From Pyrolobus fumarii 1A (GTDB lineage Archaea; Thermoproteota; Thermoprotei_A; Sulfolobales; Pyrodictiaceae), in contig NC_015931.1 in the NCBI RefSeq assembly GCF_000223395.1, positions 660,001-692,000 of the forward strand: a DNA stretch of 32,000 nt, given 5' to 3'. Shown piece by piece: positions 15,900-22,973 of the stretch. The notes below the pieces were generated by a model. The model was not told where the DNA came from, did no database searches, and was given only the letters and a program-made list of their open reading frames with translations. Both the position numbers and the translations under genes were made by a program. How positions within the stretch are numbered: the first letter of the stretch is position 1; each line of letters opens with the position of its first letter.

Positions 15900-17300
15900 T
15901 TAACCCTTTACCAGCTCCTCGATCATGTTTGCTAGCTGCTTCACCTCGGGGCCGTAGTCTGGCTTGTCTGGCGTGTAGCCTAGCAGCTTGACAGTGCCGC
16001 CAAGCGCCTCGAAGTTCTCCTTGAATGCTAGTGCGATGCCCTCACCGTATGGGTCCTTACGGTATATCACGACAACCTTCTTGACACCCTCCTCATTGAC
16101 CAGCTTGGCTAGTGCCTTACCCTGGCCGCGGTCGTTGCCAACCACTCTGAACACGTAGTCGTCCTTGGCTAGTGCTGGGCTGGTGCTGCTCGGGCTGATC
16201 GTTATCACCTTATGCTCGTTGACATAGTCGATGATGCCGCTGAGGGCGGCGCTGCTCGCAGTACCGATGATGAGCTTAGCGCCGTACTGCTCGACTAGTA
16301 CCCTAGCGCCCTGTAGGGCCTGCTGTGGCTTGGTGCCGGTGTCCTGGACGACAGGCTTGAAGGTGAATGGAGCGCCTAGCTCCTTGAGGATCTCGTTGAC
16401 CTGCTCAATGGCGTAGAGTGCGGCCTTGATCATGTTCTGGCCTTCTACTGCTAGACCGCCGCTCTGTGGTAGTAGGATACCAATCACAATCTCGCCCTTG
16501 AGGTTAGTGTTCTTGATCCACTCGGCGATGTACTCCTTGATGTTGTCAGGAGTTATCTTGCACATGTCGAGGCTTGGCTTGTACTGGTCGATGGGCACTA
16601 TCTTGTCCTCGGCTGCGACATAGATGTACTTGTCGACGAACTTGCACTCGCCACCGCTGCACTCATAGGTCCAGATGCTGTAGTCCTGGTACTCTAGGTC
16701 ACCGGTCTTCGGGTCTAGCGCCTTCCAGCCGCTCATGCCACAATACTCCTTGGATACCTCGAGTAGTGCCTGCTTGACGGCGTCGGCGTCGGTAGTGCCA
16801 GCCTTTATTATCGCTAGCATGCCGAGCATTGCAGCGTCGTAAGCGTATGGCACGAAGCCCTCAACGGTGATACCCTTCTCCTCCAGCTTGCCCTTTAGCT
16901 CCTCAAGGTACTTCGTCTTTGGCATGTAGGGGAAGGTGCCAGTGAGCTTCACCTTGTTGAGGAAGTTGCGTACCACCTCTGGGGCCTTCGCGGTGAGGGC
17001 CTCGCTGCGGATGCTCTCGCTGCTGAACCATCTCACCTTGCTCAGTATGGGTGTCTGTGCAGCATGCTGTATGATGTTGGTACCGTCGCTCTCGAATGCG
17101 ACTATCAACACTGCCGTATCCTTGTAGACCTCGGGAGCGGCTGTGGCCGTGGCGGTTGGTGTGCTGGTCTCAACCGGTGTCGTCACGGTAGTGGTTGCCT
17201 GTTGACCACCCTGGTTGGCCATTAGGAGGGCTGCGGCAGCAATGACGATTATTATTATGACGAGGCCTACAAGAGCGCCCTTGGAGAGGGCCCTGTACAT
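15900..17300 (-). CDS. livK: Leu/Ile/Val-type (PBP type I) substrate-binding protein, membrane-anchored, with apparently circularly permuted domain order
   Basis: 466 aa. N-terminal TM helix plus a Thr-rich linker (TTTVTTPVETSTPTATATA). Residues 271-466 carry the canonical N-terminal half (IVIGILLPQSGG, IIGTASSAAL, VVVIYRKDPYGEG). Residues 60-230 carry the canonical C-terminal half (YAYDAAMLGMLAIIKAG, GMSGWKALDPKTGDL). Confidence 0.88.
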   Translation of the reverse strand: MYRALSKGALVGLVIIIIVIAAAALLMANQGGQQATTTVTTPVETSTPTATATAAPEVYKDTAVLIVAFESDGTNIIQHAAQTPILSKVRWFSSESIRSEALTAKAPEVVRNFLNKVKLTGTFPYMPKTKYLEELKGKLEEKGITVEGFVPYAYDAAMLGMLAIIKAGTTDADAVKQALLEVSKEYCGMSGWKALDPKTGDLEYQDYSIWTYECSGGECKFVDKYIYVAAEDKIVPIDQYKPSLDMCKITPDNIKEYIAEWIKNTNLKGEIVIGILLPQSGGLAVEGQNMIKAALYAIEQVNEILKELGAPFTFKPVVQDTGTKPQQALQGARVLVEQYGAKLIIGTASSAALSGIIDYVNEHKVITISPSSTSPALAKDDYVFRVVGNDRGQGKALAKLVNEEGVKKVVVIYRKDPYGEGIALAFKENFEALGGTVKLLGYTPDKPDYGPEVKQLANMIEELVKG

Positions 17301-17350
17301 TTTCTCCCACCCCTAACCCACTGCGTCTATGGGGGGCCGCTACTCCCCCA

Positions 17351-17359
17351 CCTATAAAC
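17351..17359 (-). promoter_or_regulatory. candidate TATA box of the liv operon
   Basis: Minus strand reads GTTTATAGG about 50-58 nt upstream of the livK ATG, with GGGGTGGGAG directly before the ATG. Confidence 0.4.
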
Positions 17360-17438
17360 TGCTCGTTCAATTTTAACTGATTAATTACTCGCTTAACCTG
17401 TACACGCGGTTAGACGAAATACGGCGTAAGACTCGAGG

Positions 17439-18677
17439 TCACAACAAGCCTATCTCCTTGGCAACCTCGAGCGCTAACCCTCCCCCACCGTACCTTGCCC
17501 AGACTGCGCAGGTGCCCTCGCTGCTGACCATGCAGGGGCCGTAGGGGTTGGCGGGCGTGCATCCGCGCAGGAAGTGTGGACAATCCGTCGGCTTGGCCAG
17601 CCCAAGTGTAACCTCTGCGCACCTACAGCCTGGTGGCAGGTCGTAACTGAAGCGCTCGGGGGTCAGCTCTGGGATACCATATTGCCTAAGCGCATCGTAC
17701 TCCGCGTATTTGTCGCGGAAGGCTAGGCCGCTCTTCGGGACGAACCCTAGACCCCTCCAGGCTGCATCAACAACCTCGCAGCACTCGTTTATCGCTCTCT
17801 GTGCCGCCGTGTTCCCCTCCCATGTGACTGCCCTCGTGTACTCGTTGACCAGCTTCGCCTCGCCAGCTACAAGCTGCCGGAGTATCTCGAGTATAGCCAG
17901 GAGGACGTCGATCGGTTCGAACCCCGCGACTACCGTCGGTATGCCGTACTCTTCGGGCACAAACTTCCAGGCTTTCGCCCCAGTTATTGTCGAGACGTGG
18001 CCCGGCGCTATGACGCCACGGATGGGTATACGCTTCTTGTGTACCTCGAAAACATGCCTCATTATCGGGGGCGTCAACCTATGCACGTTGATAAACGTGA
18101 GGTTCCTTGGGGCCATCCTCCGGGCGACAGCCGATGCTGTAGCTGGCGCTGTTGTCTCGAAACCCACGGCCAGGAAGACACTCTCCTTGCCAGTCTCTCG
18201 CGCACGTTTAACCGCATCCACGACACTATAGACCACCTCTATGCTGCCGCCAGCTGCCCTAGCCTCGGCTAGGCTCCGTGGCTTACCGGAGCCTCGGTGA
18301 GCCGAACCTGGTAGCTTGTAGGCGTCGCCATAGGTGTACACGGTTATTCCATCAAGGGCGAGCTTGATAGCCACGTCAATGTAGTACGCTGGTGTGATGC
18401 ACACGGGGCACCCAGGTCCCGCTACGAGCTCGACGTTGCTGGGCATGAGGCTACGTAGGCCGAAGTGAGTTATTGTCCACTCGTGTGTACCGCAAAAGTC
18501 CATTATCTTTACCGGCTCGTCGCCGAGCCTAGCCCTCAGCTTCTCTGCTAGTCTGTGTATCTTCGCCACTATGTCCTTAGCGATGGGGTTGGTACGGTAC
18601 AACTCGACTATCCTGCGTAGCACTTGGTCACGCGTCTCTGTGGTATAGGCGCCGGGCTCGCGATAGTCGCTAGCCAA
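17439..18677 (-). CDS. hypD: [NiFe]-hydrogenase maturation protein HypD
   Basis: 412 aa with FCGTHEW, GPGCPVCITP, GFETTAP, PGHVSTI and the C-terminal CxxxxPxGPCMVSSEGTCAVW motif set of HypD. Confidence 0.93.
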   Translation of the reverse strand: MASDYREPGAYTTETRDQVLRRIVELYRTNPIAKDIVAKIHRLAEKLRARLGDEPVKIMDFCGTHEWTITHFGLRSLMPSNVELVAGPGCPVCITPAYYIDVAIKLALDGITVYTYGDAYKLPGSAHRGSGKPRSLAEARAAGGSIEVVYSVVDAVKRARETGKESVFLAVGFETTAPATASAVARRMAPRNLTFINVHRLTPPIMRHVFEVHKKRIPIRGVIAPGHVSTITGAKAWKFVPEEYGIPTVVAGFEPIDVLLAILEILRQLVAGEAKLVNEYTRAVTWEGNTAAQRAINECCEVVDAAWRGLGFVPKSGLAFRDKYAEYDALRQYGIPELTPERFSYDLPPGCRCAEVTLGLAKPTDCPHFLRGCTPANPYGPCMVSSEGTCAVWARYGGGGLALEVAKEIGLL

Positions 18678-18731
18678 ACGCTAACGCCCCCTTGGTAACG
18701 CTCAGCTGATTGTGTATAACCTTGGCTCTAG

Positions 18732-19577
18732 GTGCTAGCTCGGCTGTACCGGTTGGCAGCCGACACCCGGAATACCTCCCAGCGCCGTGGGTGCAGTACG
18801 GGGAGCAAGAGGGTCTTGAGCCGCGTTATACGCCTTGTGGTGTACGGTGCTGGCGATGCGTGCACACAGATGGCTATAGACGAGGCTATGGCGATATACG
18901 CTGGGTTTACTGGCGAGGGGCTCGCGAGGCTCTACTGGTTCGACCCGCCCTCTGTGACGCTCGGCTACTTCCAGCGTCTAGAGGAGGCAGTGGACCTCGA
19001 GGAGGCCAAGAGGCTGGGCGTCAACGTTGTTAGGAGGTTGAGTGGCGGGGGGAGCGTCTACCATGACCCTAAAGGCGAGGTGACGTACTCTATAGCCGTG
19101 CCGGAGGAGTGGCTTAGGGGCGTCGATGTGGCCGAGAGCTTCAAGTTGCTGGCAGGGTGGCTCGTCGAGGCACTAGAGAGGCTCGGATTCAACCCCACCT
19201 TCTCTGGGCTCAACGATATCCTCGTTAACGGTAGGAAGGTGTCTGGGAGCGCCCAGGCAAGGCGCTATGGTGCTGTGCTGCAACACGGCACGGTAATGTA
19301 TGATACTGATCTGGAGGTGCTGGCTAGGGTTCTTCGCGTACCTCGCGGGAAGGGTAGAGACATACGCGTGAGGGTAACAACACTATCGTTAACCGCTGGG
19401 CGCAAAGTGACACGCGACGAGGTTGTAGAGGCGCTGCTGGAGTCCGCCCCAGGGTACTTCAGCAGGATGCTGCACGCCCGTGTCGAGATACATGATAGTT
19501 TACCTCGCCACGTCTACGAGCTTACGGAGGCCGTGAGGTGGAGGTATTGCAGCAGAGAGTGGCTCACGAGGAGGTAA
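18732..19577 (+). CDS. lplA: lipoate-protein ligase A, catalytic domain only
   Basis: TQMAIDEAM, RRLSGGGSVYHDPKGEVTYS, KVSGSAQARRYGAVLQHGTVMYD. The protein stops where the LplA C-terminal domain would begin. The true start is probably later than 18732 (for example TTG 18816, MSRVIRLVVYG). Confidence 0.88.
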   Translation: MLARLYRLAADTRNTSQRRGCSTGSKRVLSRVIRLVVYGAGDACTQMAIDEAMAIYAGFTGEGLARLYWFDPPSVTLGYFQRLEEAVDLEEAKRLGVNVVRRLSGGGSVYHDPKGEVTYSIAVPEEWLRGVDVAESFKLLAGWLVEALERLGFNPTFSGLNDILVNGRKVSGSAQARRYGAVLQHGTVMYDTDLEVLARVLRVPRGKGRDIRVRVTTLSLTAGRKVTRDEVVEALLESAPGYFSRMLHARVEIHDSLPRHVYELTEAVRWRYCSREWLTRR

Positions 19578-19588
19578 GAGAGTGTAGA

Positions 19589-19840
19589 GTGAAACGCCCA
19601 GAAGGCAAGCTTGTCGCCGGCAAAATCGTCCTACACGACTGCAAGATAGCTGAACTTGAGCTCTGGGGAGAGTTCTTCGCCGACCCACAGCTAGACGAGC
19701 TACTAGACACACTCAAAGGCCTCGACGCGGACACTGCACTACAAAAAGCCAGAGAAATCCTAGATACTATCTTCGCCGAGCCCAAGAACGACATCATGGA
19801 ATGCATAGAGAGGCTCTTAGAGGCCTGCCGAAGACAGTAG
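19589..19840 (+). CDS. lplB: lipoate-protein ligase C-terminal domain protein (LplB-like)
   Basis: VKRPEGKLVAGKIVLHDCKIAELELWGEFFADPQLDELLDTLKG resembles the LplA C-terminal domain (K.pgGli.v...v.dg.I....i.GDFF). GTG 19589 is preceded by GAGGAGGT. The ORF-track ATG at 19538 would overlap lplA by 40 nt. Confidence 0.7.
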   Translation: MKRPEGKLVAGKIVLHDCKIAELELWGEFFADPQLDELLDTLKGLDADTALQKAREILDTIFAEPKNDIMECIERLLEACRRQ

Positions 19841-19926
19841 GGTCAGCACCTTGCCCCATCTTCACAGCCAACAGGGGCTCAGAGCCGGGGTGCGTGGAGG
19901 TGCCTCTTCACTCCCAATACACGACC

Positions 19927-19932
19927 AAAAAA
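19927..19932 (-). terminator. T6 tract downstream of the 340-aa HTH gene
   Basis: Minus strand reads GGGTCTTTTTTGGTCG, about 110 nt after the stop at 20043. Confidence 0.3.
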
Positions 19933-20042
19933 GACCCAACCAGCTTAAGCTTTGAGCAGCATAGCATCACCGTGTCACCTCCACGTACCAACGGTTCCTC
20001 CTCACATCCCAATACTTCAATGGCAGAGGGAACCTCGCACCC

Positions 20043-21065
20043 TCAAACACAAGAGAACATGCCTCCTTGCTCATGTATGCGCCTTAATATACGAACAGCT
20101 TGCCAAGAGCCTGGCAACACGGTATAAGCGATTGACTCGCACACCACTACTCCATTGCTGAGTGCATAAGCTGATGCAAATAGATGCAGAAGCGGTGCTT
20201 GTTCCTTACTAACAACAACCATTATAGGTGCAACATCGTATAACCCCCATACATTGTGCCTTCCAAGTATAAATCCTTTGGAGAGAGAATCGTAGATGTT
20301 ACCCAGTTTCTTTGACGCCCTTTTTATAGCGTCAATAAATTCGCGAGGTGTATCCTCTGGCAGGGCAAGCTTCAATTGATTAGGGTTAGTCACATCAGCT
20401 CGATATAACCACGGCTCTCTGTCAATAGCTGTCATCAATGCTAAGGCTATGGTGTCCGGTGTTCGCGGCGGTATCAACATACCACCGCGGCCTATGCTGT
20501 AGGCTTTCTTCCAACCACTACCACTCCATTCATCAACGAGTTTCCTTATCTCATTATTACTGAGTTTATGGGGATATTGCGGCATCTCACCTTCGACAAA
20601 GGGACATGAATAAATCGGGACAACATCACACACCTCTTTTCTAACTAACCCAGGTAGTGTTACTTCTCTACTCATCACTTCGTCGACAATTCTTTCCGGA
20701 ACCAGTAGGTTGATAACACCCCTGATTACGCCTCCTATGTCCTGTAGTAAATTCTTTACATTTGTAACAAATTCGCCATAAGGAATGCGATTCGTGTACC
20801 ACGTTCTATCAATACTTACTTCTACGTGTTTGTTGAAGAAGAGAGTTACCATCTTTAAACCTAGCCACTCAACGCTCTTTATGTGACCTGCAGGTAGCCT
20901 AGCTTCCCTTATGCGTTGCAAGTTCCTCCTTACAGCACGTTCATGTGCGCCATACTTCCTGCTAAGCTTATTGAGTTCAGAACGAAAATCATAACATGAT
21001 AACAACCAGGATAGCCTCAACATACCAGCTAATTGCTCTAGTTGAACGCCTCCAGCCAGCAACAT
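20043..21065 (-). CDS. HTH-domain protein (Lrp/AsnC-like N-terminus, remainder unassigned) on a low-G+C islet
   Basis: 340 aa. ELNKLSRKYGAHERAVRRNLQRIREA is a clear helix-turn-helix. Codon usage is visibly A/T-ending, unlike the neighbours. GAGGAGGT lies 17 nt upstream of the ATG. Confidence 0.7.
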   Translation of the reverse strand: MLLAGGVQLEQLAGMLRLSWLLSCYDFRSELNKLSRKYGAHERAVRRNLQRIREARLPAGHIKSVEWLGLKMVTLFFNKHVEVSIDRTWYTNRIPYGEFVTNVKNLLQDIGGVIRGVINLLVPERIVDEVMSREVTLPGLVRKEVCDVVPIYSCPFVEGEMPQYPHKLSNNEIRKLVDEWSGSGWKKAYSIGRGGMLIPPRTPDTIALALMTAIDREPWLYRADVTNPNQLKLALPEDTPREFIDAIKRASKKLGNIYDSLSKGFILGRHNVWGLYDVAPIMVVVSKEQAPLLHLFASAYALSNGVVVCESIAYTVLPGSWQAVRILRRIHEQGGMFSCV

Positions 21066-21118
21066 CAGTCTGTCACCAACCTCCTCATACTCTAACGACC
21101 ACGCACGGGGTGAGAGAT

Positions 21119-21274
21119 ATGCGCATGGTGGCTAAACTACTACGTCTGTTAGCTAACCCGCTAGCTACCAAGCTGGCAACTCTTGCAATACTACTTGGGA
21201 TCTCTGTTGCAACCCGCGGTGTAATACAGGCACTGGACAACGACGGCATCGAAGATCCATGGTCAGTGTACTGA
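21119..21274 (+). CDS. possible small membrane protein (51 aa)
   Basis: MRMVAKLLRLLANPLATKLATLAILLGISVATRGVIQALDNDGIEDPWSVY has one hydrophobic helix. It is divergent from the HTH gene with only 53 nt between starts. No homology evidence. Confidence 0.25.
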   Translation: MRMVAKLLRLLANPLATKLATLAILLGISVATRGVIQALDNDGIEDPWSVY

Positions 21275-21623
21275 GATGGCGCAACTAAAAAGAGCTATGA
21301 CTGCAGAAGAACTTTTTTCAATACTCTTTGACACTACCTTGTCTTTTCATCATCTTCACATCTATTCCTCAGCCATCCCTCTTATCGCGATAAACATCGA
21401 TTACACCATGTGACACCCCATATCGTACTATTCGACTATTTCTTGACCTCTTGCCCTACTCACTAACTTTTTCGAATAAACACCCCTGCAACACATGACT
21501 TATCATTCGCGTTTTATATTCCACAAGTTCTCATTAACCCCATATCTCACAGAATGGGGCCGTTGACGAGCTACGCCTTCGCTGAAGATTTAGTGATGAG
21601 CACCGGCTGCTGGCGGAGGCCTC

Positions 21624-21631
21624 ATATAAAG
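21624..21631 (+). promoter_or_regulatory. candidate TATA box of rpl40e
   Basis: ATATAAAG lies about 35-40 nt upstream of ATG 21665, which is itself preceded by GGTGGGG. Confidence 0.45.
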
Positions 21632-21664
21632 CCCCTGCTGCTGAGCCGGATGGTGGGGATAGAG

Positions 21665-21832
21665 ATGCCGGTCACGGACCCCGTGAAGGTTGCGATAGTC
21701 CGTAAGCGTGTCTTGGAGAAGCTTGTGTGCAGGAAGTGTGGTGCTCTTAACCCGCCGGGCGCGACCAAGTGCCGCAGGTGTAAAAGCAAGAACCTTAGGC
21801 CCAAGCACGCCGAGCGTGGTATGAAGAAGTGA
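21665..21832 (+). CDS. rpl40e: 50S ribosomal protein L40e
   Basis: [50 protein letters not shown] is collinear with Sulfolobus L40e (MPLTDP...CRKCGALN...ATKCRRC). The ORF-track start at 21554 is an upstream extension. Confidence 0.9.
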   Translation: MPVTDPVKVAIVRKRVLEKLVCRKCGALNPPGATKCRRCKSKNLRPKHAERGMKK

Positions 21833-21948
21833 TGTGTCCTTCCGCCCCGGTTGTTATTTCCGCTCGCTGTTGTTCTGGTTGTCCGGGTGGACGTCTCCTT
21901 TAAGCGGCTTGGCTTGTTACCCGCGTATCCTCTGGGGTTTGCAATAGA

Positions 21949-22887
21949 ATGCTGCTCGGGATGCTGCGCGGAGGAGCGGTTATCGCTGTCCTATTGCTTC
22001 TCGGGTTGGCAGTGCACGCTGTCTCTGCGGCTGTCCAGCCGCCTACCGTGGTGATACATAGCGATGGCGTTGTTGAGGTTACGCTTCGCGTGCACGTGGA
22101 GGCTGGGGTCACCGAGGTTGCTCTCCCGGTGGAGCCCATACCCGAGACTATAATCGTGAATATGAGTGGGCGGCTCGTGCCACCCGTCTACACGAATGGA
22201 ACACTTTACGTATTTTCGAGTAGCGACGGCGATGCCGTGATAAGCTATGTGGCTAACGTCACTGAGTCACTAGCGGGCCTTTCTTTCCGTCTCCGAGCCC
22301 CAGCGCTTCTAGTCGTTGAGCCTGGCATAGTTCTGTTGACGTTGCCCGACGCGGCTGATGTCAAAATCTCTGATAGCAAGCTTGTCATGTTCGTCGTCAA
22401 CGATACTGTTATCGAGTATAGGGTTGCAGGCTCGAGTGTAGCTGGTACGACGCTGGAGACGCACAGCACCTCGAACATGGAGGCCGGGATTACCCGCCAG
22501 CAGGTCGGCACTACCACCACGTCTTCTATCTCCACGTCTTCCTCTCCAGGAGTGATAGGGTTGACTGGAGTCACACCCTGGGTTATAGTGGTGCTTGTCG
22601 CCGTCTTGGTTGGTGTGGGCGTTTACTCCTTGACGCGTAGACGCCGAGAGGCTACTCCCGAGCAGCAACCAGTGCTCGTCGAGGGCTTGGACGATGTTGA
22701 TCGTATGATAGTTGAGAAGTTGAGGGAAGCTGGTGGCTCGATGCTTCAATCTGAGCTTCAGAGAGCCCTCGGTCTGCCGAAGTCGACGCTTTGGAGGCGG
22801 GTACAGCGACTACGTAAAATGGGGATTGTAGAGGTGCGTAAGGACCCGCATGGCCGCAACCTTGTGGTTCTCCGGGTGAAGAGGTGA
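21949..22887 (+). CDS. single-pass membrane protein: signal peptide, extracellular domain, Ser/Thr stalk, TM helix, cytoplasmic winged-HTH (membrane-associated transcriptional regulator, COG2512-like)
   Basis: 312 aa with an N-terminal hydrophobic signal ending AVHAVSA, four N-x-S/T sequons, TTTTSSISTSSSP, the TM segment VTPWVIVVLVAVLVGVGVYSL followed by TRRRRE, then MIVEKLREAGGSMLQSELQRALGLPKSTLWRRVQRLRKMGIVEVRKD (wHTH). Confidence 0.8.
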   Translation: MLLGMLRGGAVIAVLLLLGLAVHAVSAAVQPPTVVIHSDGVVEVTLRVHVEAGVTEVALPVEPIPETIIVNMSGRLVPPVYTNGTLYVFSSSDGDAVISYVANVTESLAGLSFRLRAPALLVVEPGIVLLTLPDAADVKISDSKLVMFVVNDTVIEYRVAGSSVAGTTLETHSTSNMEAGITRQQVGTTTTSSISTSSSPGVIGLTGVTPWVIVVLVAVLVGVGVYSLTRRRREATPEQQPVLVEGLDDVDRMIVEKLREAGGSMLQSELQRALGLPKSTLWRRVQRLRKMGIVEVRKDPHGRNLVVLRVKR

Positions 22888-22904
22888 CGCTCGTTTCACG
22901 GCCG

Positions 22905-22924
22905 TGGAACGGGGTGGAACGGGG
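22905..22924 (+). repeat. perfect tandem direct repeat TGGAACGGGG x2 in the spacer before the coiled-coil gene
   Basis: 22905-22914 is identical to 22915-22924. Lies 50 nt upstream of ATG 22974 and 18 nt after the stop of the wHTH gene. Confidence 0.8.
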
Positions 22925-22973
22925 GTCCCTCAAACGGGGAGGAGACCCGGGGGTAACAGTGGAGGTGGAGGAT

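Noticed and set aside
17914-17925. GGTTCGAACCCC, resembling a tRNA T-arm.
   Set aside because: It lies inside hypD (antisense of the codons for GFEPID). The flanks do not form a T stem or an acceptor stem.
21347-21353. ATGATGA on the minus strand in the AT-rich tract.
   Set aside because: There is no CTGA at 45-65 nt downstream on that strand, and the positions expected for D' and C' read GTGT and TTGAAAA.
19857-21360. Identical 10-mer CATCTTCACA at 19857-19866 and 21351-21360 bracketing the HTH gene, as possible att-like direct repeats of an integrated element.
   Set aside because: A 10 nt match is within chance expectation for two ~300-nt regions. The copies do not coincide with the G+C boundaries, and no integrase or tRNA target is present.
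21593-21644. GTGATGA followed 42 nt later by CTGA on the plus strand upstream of rpl40e, with C/D sRNA-like spacing.
   Set aside because: No recognisable D' or C' box at the required 12-nt offsets and no terminal stem. The segment also contains the rpl40e TATA box.
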